64,000 nucleotides of DNA from Asaia bogorensis (GTDB lineage Bacteria; Pseudomonadota; Alphaproteobacteria; CACIAM-22H2), in assembly GCA_945901855.1 (NCBI GenBank), contig CAMDLT010000013.1, positions 3,421-67,420 on the forward strand, written 5' to 3'. The notes under the pieces are model-generated. The model made no database searches, was not told where the DNA came from, and saw only the letters and a list, made by a program, of their open reading frames with translations. The position numbers and the translations under genes are program-made. Below, piece after piece: positions 38,292 to 48,136 of the stretch. Position 1 is the stretch's first letter, and the number at the start of each line of letters is the position of its first letter.

Positions 38292-41200
38292 TCACGCCCG
38301 CGCTTGCGGGTGCGTCGCACGCACCAGCGCTGCCGCCAACTCGGCAGCACGCACCGGCTTGGAAACATAATCGTTCATGCCCGCCGCCAGATACATCTCG
38401 CGGTCGCCGGACATCGCATTGGCGGTCAGCGCGACGATCGGCACCTGGCCGAAGGGCACCGGCAGCAGACGGATCTGGCGCGTTGCCTCGTCGCCGTCCA
38501 TCTCGGGCATCTGCGCGTCCATCAAGATCGCGTCGAAACGCTTGGCGCTGGCGCGGGCGACCGCCTGCACGCCGTTCGAAACAAATTCGTGGCGATGGCC
38601 CATGCGCGCCAGCATTTCGCCGACGACCATGCGATTGACCTCGTTGTCCTCGGCAACCAGCAGGTCGAGCGAGATGCTTGCGGCAGGCACAATCGGCGCC
38701 TGCGCGGCTTCGGGCGCAAGCGGCACCAAAGCGCCGAGCGGGATCGCAAAGCGGAAGGTCGAGCCCACCCCTTCCACGGACTCGACGCTCAAATCCCCGT
38801 CCATTAGACGGGCAAGTTCGCGCGATATCGCAAGGCCAAGCCCCGTGCCGCCGAAGCGCCGCGCGATGCTCTCGTCGGCTTGGCTGAAACGCTCGAACAG
38901 CCGGTCCAGCGCATCCGGCGCGATGCCGATGCCGGTATCCACGACCGAAAACACCACCCCGGCAGCGCCCGACGCGCACCGCCCCGTCGCCAGCGCGACA
39001 TTGACGCTGCCCGTTTGCGTGAATTTGATCGCGTTGCCGAGGAGGTTGAGCAGCACTTGGCGCGCGCGGGTTGCATCCACCGCCAATGCGCGCGGAACGT
39101 CCGGCGCCGCGCTTGCGGTCAGCCTCAATCCCTTTTTATCAGCCGTTGCCGACATCAGCGCTACCGCTTCGTCGATCAGATCTACCGGATCGACGATCCC
39201 GCGTTCGAGCCGCATTTCGCCCGACTCAAGTTTGGAATAGTCGAGAATGTCGTCGATGATGGTCAGCAACGCCGTCACCGAACGCTCGACCACCGCGACG
39301 TAGCCGCGTTGGCGCTCATCGAGTTCGGTGCCCGCCAGCAACTCGGCCATGCCCAGCACGCCGTTCATCGGCGTGCGAATTTCGTGGCTCATCGTCGCCA
39401 AGAAACGCGTCTTGGATTGATTTGCCCCCTCTGCCGCATCCTTGGCCGCGGCCAGATCGTTTGCGATGCGGCGCTCGTTTGTGACGTCGCGGTAGAGCGA
39501 GACGATCGAACCGTCCGGCCCGCGCGATTCGAGCACTTCGATCGTCGCGCCGTTGGTATCGACAAAAGCGAACCGCCCCGTGGGCGCTTGGCGGCGCGCC
39601 AGACGCTGGTGCAGATACGCCTCGCGTTCCGACGCCGTCACATGCGCCATGTCGACCGCAAGTTTGGCCGCCAGCACGTCGGCATAGCGCGCACCGGGCA
39701 CAAGCGACACTTGGGCGGTGGCCTCAAACAGTTCGCGGACCTTGCGATTGGTTGCGACGATGCGATCCTCGGCATCGCACAGCAAAAATCTTTGGCCATC
39801 GAATCGAGCCCGCTGTCGAGCGTGGCGCGCGCAAACTCGGCTTCGCGCCGCAGACGTTCGATGTCGCTCAGATCCAAAAGAGTCCCGAAGACGCGAACCA
39901 GTTCGCCCGACGGCCGCCGCTCGACCAAATAGTCTTCGCGCAAATGGCGGATCGAGCCGTCCGGCGCGACGATGCGATAGCTGCAATTGCCCCGGCCTGC
40001 AGGGCACAGGGTCAGATCGGGCCGCATCGCGCGGTCTTCCGGGTGCAAAAGCTGCCGGAAGCCATCGTCGCCTGCGCGAGTCGCCGGATCGACGCCGCAA
40101 ATCGCGCGCGTGCGCTCCGACGAGACCTGTATTCCCGATGCAGCGTCGAATTCCCACCACCCCAACGAACTGGTCTCCATCGCCAGTTCCAGGCGCGCGC
40201 GAACGTCTTCCAAGCCTGCCAGCAAATCCGCCTGCACGCCGTTCGACAATCTCAAGTTTTTTTCGGCTTTGATTTGCAGGGTGATGTCGCGGTCCGCGCC
40301 GCGATAGCCCCGAAACTGCCCGGATTCGTCGAAGATCGGCTTGCCCGATCGCGCGACCCAGATCGAGGCGCGGTCGGGCAACACTATGTGGACAATACGA
40401 TCCCGAAAACGCTCATGCCGACGCATGGTTTCGCCAAGCGTCGGTTCGCTGCCGTCAACCCCGTTTTTGGTGTCCCAGCCGCCCGGATGCTTGCCCATGC
40501 GCCAGGCCGGATCGACCCCGAGCGAACGGAACGAATCCGACACGTACGAAAAACGATGCGCGGAGTCGGTTTCCCAGACCCAGCCGGAGACAATTTCGGA
40601 GAAATCTGCAAAACGTTCGCGCTCGTCGGCCAGCGCGTCCATCGCGGTCAGGCGCTCGTCGGCCGTGCGCACCAACTCGCCGTGTTGGCGCGCTTGCACG
40701 CGTGCCGTTTGCCAAACCACCGCCAACAAGGCCGTGTAAAGTCCGAAAATCAGGACCGATATCCCGTATTCAAAAACGAGCAAACTGTCGTGGATGGTCT
40801 TGCTCGTCTGCGATACGTCGAAGCAAATCTCAAAAATTGCCTCGACGCGACCGTCCGATGCGCGGATCGGCGCGTAGCTGGCAACGATTTTGTCGAATCG
40901 ACGAGGTCCATCGAAACTGTTGATCAAGCGATCCACGTAGAGCGCGGTCGCAACGCGGCCTTCCAACGCGGATTGCAGGGCATTGAGGTTCGACAAACGG
41001 CGTCCCAGATCGGTCGCGACAGGCGCGTAAATCGTGCGCCCGGCAAGATCGAAAATCTTGATCGCAACAATGTCGGTTTCGCGCGCGAAGCGTCGCATCA
41101 TCGGCGCCACCGTCGCAATTTCGGGGCGTTCGGCCAGAGCTTGGTCGGATAAATTTTCAACCCCGATCGCAATGGCGCGAATCTGGGGCCAGATCGTTTG

Positions 41201-41380
41201 GGAAAGCGCGGTTGCAATCGTTTCGCCGGCCGCTCTGCCATACTCGGTCGTCGCCGCGTCGAACTGACGGTGTTTGATCTCGATTGCGACAACGATGGCG
41301 ATCAACGTCGCGACCAGTCCCGCAACCGCGAACGGCGCAAAGAACCTGACGCGCAGCAAACGATCTTGATTTTGCATCAA
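38292..41380 (-). pseudogene. hybrid sensor histidine kinase / response regulator (TM sensor domain, PAS, PAS, HisKA, HATPase_c, REC), interrupted by a -1/+1 frameshift near 39790-39810
   Basis: ORF 39638..41380 carries a TM-flanked periplasmic sensor and a PAS domain. ORF 38292..40160, in another frame, carries a PAS domain (FLLCDAEDRIVATN), the H-box SHEIRTPMNGVLGMAELL, the HATPase G-boxes and a REC domain (LLVAEDNEVNRMV...ILMDAQMPEMDG). The two frames join at the homopolymer CAAAAATCTTTGG (39791). Confidence 0.6.
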
Positions 41381-41399
41381 TAATGGAACTCACGCGACA

Positions 41400-41670
41400 A
41401 GGTAAAGTCGGTCGAAATTTTTTCGCGGCGAAGCTAGCCCTAATATCTCCTGCCCGCAATCGGTCAAACCACAAAATTAGACATTGGGTTAAAAATCTAT
41501 GTTCTTGATAATACCCTCTTAAAATGCTTCACTTTGGCCATCGTCCTGTCCGGACGTTTGCTGTTTGAAAAGTGAATATCGTACCGATTTCCGATTTTGT
41601 CGGCGAGGCGACATGCGTTTAAAATCAAATACATAAATAGGTAACTGTCGCCTCTCGTCGCCTAGAGTCG
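41400..41670. promoter_or_regulatory. 270-bp AT-rich intergenic island upstream of the sensor kinase, with phased repeats
   Basis: Roughly 40% GC versus the 65-70% background. Contains palindrome CGAAATTTTTTCG (41401-13), three TTAAAAT motifs, tandem CCGATTT x2, and three GTCGCCT copies at exact 10-bp spacing (41647, 41657, 41667). Confidence 0.4.
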
Positions 41671-41671
41671 C

Positions 41672-41968
41672 CTATTTCGCATCGAGCAATGTCTGGACGA
41701 TCACGGTCCATTCGACATCCAACGAGCCCGAGGCTTCCGGCTTGTTTGCCCGCTTATACCAGTAGCGTGCATTCGACGCATCGCCTTCGACGCGGTGGAG
41801 ATAGGCATGCACCCAATCGTGCTGCGCATCGCCCTCTTGCTGCTGGGCCAATTCGTGCGCTTGGTTCCACGCGCCGTTTGCCGCATGCCACAGCGCGGCA
41901 AGCGGGCGCGAGATGTCCTCGGGCGGTTGGGGTTGGGCCAGAGACTGGCGAAAGGCTTCGAGCTTCAT
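41672..41968 (-). CDS. hypothetical small protein (98 aa)
   Basis: Compact ORF with a protein-like composition (MKLEAFRQSLAQPQPPEDISRPLAALWHAANGAWNQAHELAQ...WVHAYLHRVEGDASNARYWYKRANKP). No other gene explains the region. Confidence 0.45.
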   Translation of the reverse strand: MKLEAFRQSLAQPQPPEDISRPLAALWHAANGAWNQAHELAQQQEGDAQHDWVHAYLHRVEGDASNARYWYKRANKPEASGSLDVEWTVIVQTLLDAK

Positions 41969-42030
41969 CTTGACCCGCTCCGACTTTTCCTGGCGAAGTT
42001 GGTGGCCCCAAGAAAGCGAGGAACCGTAGC

Positions 42031-42903
42031 ATGAAAGTTGGATTTGTCGGCCTTGGCATCATGGGGCGTCCGATGGCGCTCAATCTTCTGAAGGCGGGCC
42101 ACGACGTGGCGGTCTGGGCGCGCCGCGAACAGTCGATGGCGCCGTTGCTCGATGCCGGCGCCGAGGCCGCCAATAATCCGGCCGACGCCGCCGCGCGGTC
42201 GCAAATCGTCGTCTCGATGGTGGGCGATGCGCCCGACGTCGCGACCGTCATGCTGGGACCCGATGGCGTCGCCGAGGCCGCAAAACCGGGGCTTGTCGCT
42301 GTCGATATGAGCACGATCCTGCCCGATGCCGCGCGCCAAATCGCGCTCGAACTTGGCGCACGCGGCATCGACTTTCTCGACGCGCCCGTGTCCGGCGGCG
42401 AAGGCGGCGCGATTGCAGGCGCGCTTACGATCATGGTCGGCGGCTCCGAGAGCGGATTTGCGTTTGCAAAACCCGTGTTCGAAGCAATGGGCAAAACGAT
42501 CGTGCATATCGGTCCCTCCGGGGCGGGCCAGGTTTCCAAGGCGGCCAACCAAATCGTCACTGGGATCGGCGTTCTGACGATCGCGGAGATGTTCAATTTC
42601 GTGCGCAAAAACGGCGTCGATCCCGCCAAGGTACGCGAAGCCGTGATGGGCGGATCGGGCGCATCGAAGATCCTGGAGAACCACGGCGGGCGCATGCTGG
42701 CGCGGAATTTCAAACCGGGCTTCAAATCGTGGATGCACCAGAAGGACATGAACATCGTCCTGCAAACGGCACACAAGCTCGGCGTGCCGCTGCCCGCAAC
42801 CGCCGCCGCGGCGCAAATGTTCAACGCGATGGTCGGCAGCGGACTTGGCGAGGAAGATTCGGTCGCAATGCTAAAATTGCTCGAACGGCTCTCCGGCGAG
42901 TGA
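42031..42903 (+). CDS. NAD-binding 3-hydroxyisobutyrate / 2-hydroxy-3-oxopropionate (tartronate semialdehyde) reductase family dehydrogenase
   Basis: MKVGFVGLGIMGRPMALNLLKAGHDV Rossmann N-terminus, catalytic Lys region GPSGAGQVSKAANQI, 290 aa. Confidence 0.85.
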   Translation: MKVGFVGLGIMGRPMALNLLKAGHDVAVWARREQSMAPLLDAGAEAANNPADAAARSQIVVSMVGDAPDVATVMLGPDGVAEAAKPGLVAVDMSTILPDAARQIALELGARGIDFLDAPVSGGEGGAIAGALTIMVGGSESGFAFAKPVFEAMGKTIVHIGPSGAGQVSKAANQIVTGIGVLTIAEMFNFVRKNGVDPAKVREAVMGGSGASKILENHGGRMLARNFKPGFKSWMHQKDMNIVLQTAHKLGVPLPATAAAAQMFNAMVGSGLGEEDSVAMLKLLERLSGE

Positions 42904-42958
42904 GGCGCTTTCGCCCGGCGCCGATCCCGCGTAGACTCTGTCGCCAAGGAGTGCTGCC

Positions 42959-43351
42959 ATGATTTGGGTCGATCGTCGAAAATTCTTGATTCTGGGCGCT
43001 ACGGCGCTGGCGACGTTACCGCGTCTTGCGGCGGCAGCAACGCCGTTTTCGGCCGCGGCATTTGCAGATGCCCAAGCCGCCGACAAGGCCATCTTGGTCG
43101 AAGTCTCGGCCCCTTGGTGCCCCGTCTGCAAAGTGCAGAAGCCGATCCTGGCGCGGTTGCTGGCCGATCCGCGCTTCGCCGAGTATGTGCAGTTCGAAAT
43201 CGATTTCGACACCCGCAAAGACGCCCTGCGCACGGTGAATGCGCGCGTGCAGAGCACGCTGATCGTGTTTCGCGGCAAGGACGAAATCGGCCGCTCGCTC
43301 GGCGATACCAATCCCGCCTCGATCGAAAATCTGCTGAGCATGGCGCTCTAG
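42959..43351 (+). CDS. periplasmic thioredoxin-family protein (SoxW-like)
   Basis: Tat-type signal MIWVDRRKFLILGATALATLPRLAAAA, CxxC active site WCPVCK, 130 aa. Confidence 0.7.
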   Translation: MIWVDRRKFLILGATALATLPRLAAAATPFSAAAFADAQAADKAILVEVSAPWCPVCKVQKPILARLLADPRFAEYVQFEIDFDTRKDALRTVNARVQSTLIVFRGKDEIGRSLGDTNPASIENLLSMAL

Positions 43352-43360
43352 CCGCAAGCG

Positions 43361-44059
43361 ATGCTCGCAACGCTTCCGCTCGCCTTTGTGGCGGGGCTGC
43401 TGTCGACCCTGTCGCCCTGCGTGCTGCCGATCTTGCCGATCGTGCTGGCCGGGGCTGCGACCGCAGGACGAACCGGCGCCGTGGCGCTGGCGGCCGGGCT
43501 CGCTTTGTCGTTCACGGCGATCGGCCTGTTTGTCGCCACGATCGGATTTTCGATCGGCATCGATATCGGCGCGTTTCGTGCCCTCGCCGGGGCGTTGTTG
43601 GTCGCCTTTGGCGCTTTGCTGCTGCTGCCAGCCCTGCGCGCTCAAGTTTCGGCCGCGCTGGGACCGCTCGGCGACCGATTGAACGCGCTGTTTGGGAGCG
43701 CCGGAAATGGTGGCCCGTTTGCGATGGGGCTCGTGCTGGGGGCCGTGTGGACGCCATGCGTGGGCCCGACACTCGGGGCCGCCAGCTTACTTGCGGCCAA
43801 GGGCGAAAATCTTGGCGAGGTCGCGCTCACCATGTTCGTCTTCGGCATCGGGGCGGGTGCCCCGCTGCTGCTGCTGGGCTTCGCCTCGCAAAAGACCCGC
43901 CGCAAGCTCGGCGAGGCCAGCCGCAAACTCGACAAAGTTTTGGGCGGCGGGCTGGTAGTCGCTGGCACATTGGTGCTGACCGGCGCCGACAAATGGCTTG
44001 AGACGCGGCTGCTCGACCTCTCGCCCGAGTGGCTCACGCGCCTGACGACGGCGATCTAG
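43361..44059 (+). CDS. cytochrome c biogenesis protein CcdA / DsbD-family thiol-disulfide transporter (SoxV-like)
   Basis: 6 TM segments with the two conserved cysteines (LSTLSPCVLPILP and VWTPCVGPTLG). Confidence 0.8.
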   Translation: MLATLPLAFVAGLLSTLSPCVLPILPIVLAGAATAGRTGAVALAAGLALSFTAIGLFVATIGFSIGIDIGAFRALAGALLVAFGALLLLPALRAQVSAALGPLGDRLNALFGSAGNGGPFAMGLVLGAVWTPCVGPTLGAASLLAAKGENLGEVALTMFVFGIGAGAPLLLLGFASQKTRRKLGEASRKLDKVLGGGLVVAGTLVLTGADKWLETRLLDLSPEWLTRLTTAI

Positions 44060-44548
44060 TCAGAACGTAATCTCGTCGACGATCGCGGCGAGACCGGCCT
44101 TGGCGCATTTGTCGTCGGCCGCGCCGCCGGGCGCGCCGGAAACGCCGATGCCGCCGAAAATCGTGCCCCCGCCTTCGACCACGACGCCGCCGCCGACCGC
44201 AACGATGCGCGGAAAACTACGCAAACCCGACATTTCGCCCGACTGCGAAAGCTGCGCGATGGCCAGCGTATCCTGGCGCAGCGTGATGGCCGTGTAGGCC
44301 TTGTCGATCGCAACGCCAACCGTGTGGGGGCCCGCAAACCGATCGCGCAGCACGATCTGCGCCACGCCCGAGCGGTCGACCACCGCGACGGCAATTTGGA
44401 ATCCGTCGGCACGGCACGCGGCTAAAACGGCTTGGGCCGCCTTCAGCGCCGTCTCCGGCGTCAAATGCCGAACCGCGAACGTGCCTTCCTGGGCATTCGC
44501 GCCGGATGCGAAGATCGCAACCGCCAAAACGACAGAACGAAATGCCAT
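44060..44548 (-). CDS. GlcG/HbpS-like (DUF336) putative heme-binding protein with signal peptide
   Basis: MAFRSVVLAVAIFASGANA signal. DUF336-type segments (AVAVVDRSGVAQIVLRDRFAGPHTVGVAIDKAYTAITL, GGGVVVEGGGTIFGGIGVSGAPGGAADDKCA). Confidence 0.65.
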   Translation of the reverse strand: MAFRSVVLAVAIFASGANAQEGTFAVRHLTPETALKAAQAVLAACRADGFQIAVAVVDRSGVAQIVLRDRFAGPHTVGVAIDKAYTAITLRQDTLAIAQLSQSGEMSGLRSFPRIVAVGGGVVVEGGGTIFGGIGVSGAPGGAADDKCAKAGLAAIVDEITF

Positions 44549-44557
44549 AACGACTCC

Positions 44558-46279
44558 CTAGCGCTCAAAACCGGGGTTGGACTCCATGCCGACCAGACGC
44601 GGCAAGTTGGGCTCGATCGCCGCGACCGTTTTGCGCGATCGCAAATGCCGCGCGACCAAATCCCAGATCGGCTCGCCGCCGGCATCGCGCGCCTCGCCCG
44701 ATACCGGCGCCCACCCGGCCACCTTGTAGCGCCCGGATGGTTCGACATCGCGCCCGCGCACCTGCATATCGCGAATGCGTCGGCCCATCGCCGCAGTCGG
44801 ATCGCAAGCGTAGGTCAGCCCCCCGACCCGCACCATGTCGCCGCCCTGCTGCTGGTAGGGATCGGGATTGAACAGATTGTCGCACACGTCCTCGAGCACA
44901 GTCTTCAATGTCTCGCCGGTCATTTCGGTCAGCGTCGAAAACGGATACGTGATTGCAGTCTGGTCCAGCAGTTGGTCCATCGTAATCGCGTCGCCCGGCA
45001 GCACGGTGGTGCCCCAGCGGAAGCCCGGCGAAAGCGCAATCTCGGCGTCTTTTTCGGCCATCAGCGCGTCGCAGATCAACTGGTCGAAACTCCCGTTGAA
45101 ATTGCCGCGCCGGTAGAGCAAGCCCTCGCTGGTCGCAAGTTTCTCGCCGAGCTTCGCTGCATGCGGCGCACGGACCTGCTCGATCAATGCCGCCATCTCA
45201 AGGTCGGCCGGCAGCAAATCTGCGAACACTGGCATTAGCTTGTAGCGCCAGCCTGCAACACCGCCCGCCCCGACATCCAGATCCAGCACGCCCAAGAACT
45301 TGCCGTTCGAGCCGGCATTCGTCACGATCGTCTTGCCGCCGCCGTTAGCGACCACCGTCGGTGCCGGCATGCCATCATGCGTATGGCCGCCCAATATCGC
45401 GTCGATGCCGCGCACGCGGGCCGCCATTTTCAGGTCCACATCCATGCCATTGTGCGAGAGCAGGACGACGACTTTGGCGCCTGCGGCACGCGCCGCATCG
45501 ACCGTCTTCTGCATGTTTTCTTCTTGGATCCCGAAGGTCCATTCTTCGACGAAATAGCGCGGGTTGGCGATGGGCGTATAAGGAAAAGCTTGGCCAATCA
45601 CCGCCACTTTGACGCCGCCAATCTCGCGCTCGACATAGGCCTGGAAAACCGGATCGTTGAAATCGGCCGTCTTGATGTTCTGCGCGACAATGTCGATTTT
45701 GCCCGCAAAATCTTTCTCGGCGATCTCCAGTACGCGCGCATGGCCGTAGGTGCATTCCCAATGCAGCGTCATGACATCGACACCCAGGAGCTTGGCCGCA
45801 TCGACCATGTCCTGGCCTTTGCTCCAAAGGGATGTCCCGGAGCCTTGCCACGTATCGCCCCCATCGAGCAGGACCGCACCGGGACGCGAAGCGCGCACCC
45901 GTTTGACCAGCGAGGCCAAATGCGCAAATCCACCAACCTTGCCGTAGAGACGAGCCAAGCGCGCAAAATCTTCGTAGCCGAAGGCGTGCGCTTCATGGCC
46001 ACCGGGCCGGATGCCATAATGCGCCAACAGTTTGGCGCCTACCAGATGCGGCGGCTGGCCCGCCATCGTTCCGATGCCGAGATTGACGTTCGGCTCGCGG
46101 AAATGGACGGGCAGCAGCTGGGCGTGACAGTCGGTGAAATGCAGCAGCGAAACTTGGCCAAAACGCGGCATTTCATAGAGCCGGTCGGCCTCGCTCTGGG
46201 CGTGCGCCGGGTCGAAGGACAGCGCCATGCCAGCTGCCGACGCAGCGCCAAGCACTTGCAGGAACTCTCGGCGGTCCAT
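44558..46279 (-). CDS. soxB: thiosulfohydrolase SoxB (5'-nucleotidase / metallophosphatase family)
   Basis: Tat signal MDRREFLQVLGAASAAGMAL, 573 aa. Dinuclear metallophosphatase motifs (LLHFTDCHAQ, GGDTWQGSG, LSHNGMDVD, GGHTHD) and a C-terminal 5'-nucleotidase domain, within a sox gene context. Confidence 0.85.
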   Translation of the reverse strand: MDRREFLQVLGAASAAGMALSFDPAHAQSEADRLYEMPRFGQVSLLHFTDCHAQLLPVHFREPNVNLGIGTMAGQPPHLVGAKLLAHYGIRPGGHEAHAFGYEDFARLARLYGKVGGFAHLASLVKRVRASRPGAVLLDGGDTWQGSGTSLWSKGQDMVDAAKLLGVDVMTLHWECTYGHARVLEIAEKDFAGKIDIVAQNIKTADFNDPVFQAYVEREIGGVKVAVIGQAFPYTPIANPRYFVEEWTFGIQEENMQKTVDAARAAGAKVVVLLSHNGMDVDLKMAARVRGIDAILGGHTHDGMPAPTVVANGGGKTIVTNAGSNGKFLGVLDLDVGAGGVAGWRYKLMPVFADLLPADLEMAALIEQVRAPHAAKLGEKLATSEGLLYRRGNFNGSFDQLICDALMAEKDAEIALSPGFRWGTTVLPGDAITMDQLLDQTAITYPFSTLTEMTGETLKTVLEDVCDNLFNPDPYQQQGGDMVRVGGLTYACDPTAAMGRRIRDMQVRGRDVEPSGRYKVAGWAPVSGEARDAGGEPIWDLVARHLRSRKTVAAIEPNLPRLVGMESNPGFER

Positions 46280-46291
46280 TGCTCGCGGCCG

Positions 46292-46924
46292 CTACTTGTT
46301 GACCGGCGATGCGGGATCGAGCAACAACGCCATAATATCCTTCAATTGCGTCTCGTTGAGGATGCCCATATGGCCCGCGCGCGGCATATTCGAACACGCG
46401 TTCGAAGATTTCGAGTTGTAGATTTTTGCCCAAGTCGCGCGCAGCACGTCCGCCTCGGTGCCGCGCAGTTTGCCGTAACCAAGCAAACTGGGGCCGATCG
46501 TGCCGTACGAAATCTCGGATGCCGAGATTTGGTGGCAATTGTAGCAATTGCCGCCGCTGACCTGGGTCGCGCTGTCGGTCCAAGTGAGTCCGCGTCCCGA
46601 TTGCGCGATCGTCTCGCCGCGCCGCCAGTCACCCAGATACTGCCCGTCCGCCGGAAACTTCACGGCGGCAAGATTGGCCTGCTCAATCGCCTCAGCGCGC
46701 TTGGCGTTCGCAGGCGCAGCCGCAGCAACCGGATCGGAACAGAAGGCCTGCGTTTCGTCCTGCTGAAGCCGATCAGTTTTGACGGCGTTGCGGTCGCGGA
46801 AGCTCGTGCGGAGCAACTCGCCGAACGTATTGTCGTTCGCACCCGCCCCCCAGGAAGAACTCTGTGCCAGCGCATCTCCCGATAGAGCGAATACAAGCAC
46901 GACGGCGTAAAAAATAGCTTTCAT
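46292..46924 (-). CDS. soxX: monoheme cytochrome c SoxX
   Basis: Signal peptide MKAIFYAVVLVFALSGDALA, single CxxCH (GGNCYNCHQ), 210 aa, GGAG RBS. Located between soxA and soxB. Confidence 0.7.
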   Translation of the reverse strand: MKAIFYAVVLVFALSGDALAQSSSWGAGANDNTFGELLRTSFRDRNAVKTDRLQQDETQAFCSDPVAAAAPANAKRAEAIEQANLAAVKFPADGQYLGDWRRGETIAQSGRGLTWTDSATQVSGGNCYNCHQISASEISYGTIGPSLLGYGKLRGTEADVLRATWAKIYNSKSSNACSNMPRAGHMGILNETQLKDIMALLLDPASPVNK

Positions 46925-46935
46925 GGACCTGCTCC

Positions 46936-47757
46936 TTAGCGCTTGATGCCAGGTGTCTGGATTTCTTCGCCGTTCGCTGTCGCCCCCATGTAGACCGAAA
47001 GCGCGATCGTCGCGTCGGACGCATAGATCGGCTCGGGGAAACGCTGCTGACGGAAGCAATCCTGCAAACGCCATTGCATCGACCACATTTGGCCTGCACT
47101 GACGCGGTAGGCAGGCCAACTCGTCCAGCCCAACGCAGCGCCCTTGGTCGAGGGAATGAAAGGCAGTTCTTGAAGGCGGATGCGCTGGCCTTCCTGTCCG
47201 TGACATGTCGCACACGAAAAATCGTGCGGGCCGCCTTGGAAATAGAACATGCGCTTGCCCAGATCGAACATCGCCTTTTCTTTGGGATGGGTCGTCGGAA
47301 CCTTAACCGGCATGCCCTTCGATTCCGCCGAGATATAGGTCGCCAACGCCACCAACTCGTTCTTCTTCGGCGTATTGAAGCTAGCCGACACATGCTCGCG
47401 CACGTCGATGCCCTGCAGCGTCTCCATGCATGTGAGCAAGCGCGATTCGACATCTTGAACACGGTCGGTATCGGCAAAATAACGCGGCAACTGTGCGAAG
47501 GCGCCCTCGACTTTGCCGGGTCCCACCCCAAGATCGCAGGCGGCAAAAGAGGCATTGCGCGGACCTGCGGGTTTTTTCCACAGTTCCTCGCCCATTGCCT
47601 CGAACAACTCGGCCGGATTGCCTTGCTTGAGCTGTTCGCGATAGGCCTCGATCCCGCGCAGCGAATCGTCTTTTTCCTGGGCACCCAGCCCCGCCGCAAA
47701 CCCGCCAACCAAAGCAATGCCCGCGATCGCTGCGATCACCTGGAATCGAACCTTCAT
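46936..47757 (-). CDS. soxA: L-cysteine S-thiosulfotransferase subunit SoxA (monoheme type)
   Basis: Signal MKVRFQVIAAIAGIALVGGFAAG, heme motif CATCHG, SoxA-typical C-terminal segment WPAYRVSAGQMWSMQWRLQDCFRQQRFPE, GGAGG RBS. Confidence 0.8.
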   Translation of the reverse strand: MKVRFQVIAAIAGIALVGGFAAGLGAQEKDDSLRGIEAYREQLKQGNPAELFEAMGEELWKKPAGPRNASFAACDLGVGPGKVEGAFAQLPRYFADTDRVQDVESRLLTCMETLQGIDVREHVSASFNTPKKNELVALATYISAESKGMPVKVPTTHPKEKAMFDLGKRMFYFQGGPHDFSCATCHGQEGQRIRLQELPFIPSTKGAALGWTSWPAYRVSAGQMWSMQWRLQDCFRQQRFPEPIYASDATIALSVYMGATANGEEIQTPGIKR

Positions 47758-47797
47758 GCGCCTTCCTCCCCGTTGCCGTCCGCCCGACAATTCCGCT

Positions 47798-48109
47798 TCA
47801 AGCGATCGTTGCCTCATCGGTGCGCGATTCGTTTTTGTTGTCGGTCCATTTCACGACGACCTTGTCGCCGGCTTTGCCGCCACTGAACTTGAATGCGAAA
47901 TAGGGGTTCTTCGAAACAGCCGGCCCCCAACTCGACGTCATCACGACCTTGCCATTATGCGTCGCCGTCACTTCATTGATGAACCAAGCCGGAACGACAG
48001 CACCGGCGGCATCCAAGCGCTGGCCCGTTTCCATCTCGTGGTTCATCAAGACGCGAACTTCAGTCACGCCGTCGCGCGTCGCTGCGCGTATGCGCATGGG
48101 ATTTGCCAT
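47798..48109 (-). CDS. soxZ: thiosulfate oxidation carrier complex protein SoxZ
   Basis: 103 aa, MANPMRIRAATRDGVTEVRVLMNHEMETGQR...VPAWFINEVTATHNGKVV, the conserved SoxZ pattern. Confidence 0.85.
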   Translation of the reverse strand: MANPMRIRAATRDGVTEVRVLMNHEMETGQRLDAAGAVVPAWFINEVTATHNGKVVMTSSWGPAVSKNPYFAFKFSGGKAGDKVVVKWTDNKNESRTDEATIA

Positions 48110-48136
48110 TGTCCGATCTCCTTCTTGAAGACAGCT

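Noticed and set aside
41647-41673. GTCGCCT x3 repeats considered as a possible CRISPR or mobile-element end
   Set aside because: The repeat unit is only 7 nt with 3-nt spacers, and there are no cas genes and no terminal inverted repeats. It is better explained as phased regulator-binding sites.
45377-46885. 502-aa plus-strand ORF over soxB and soxX
   Set aside because: Antisense to genes carrying diagnostic metallophosphatase and heme motifs.
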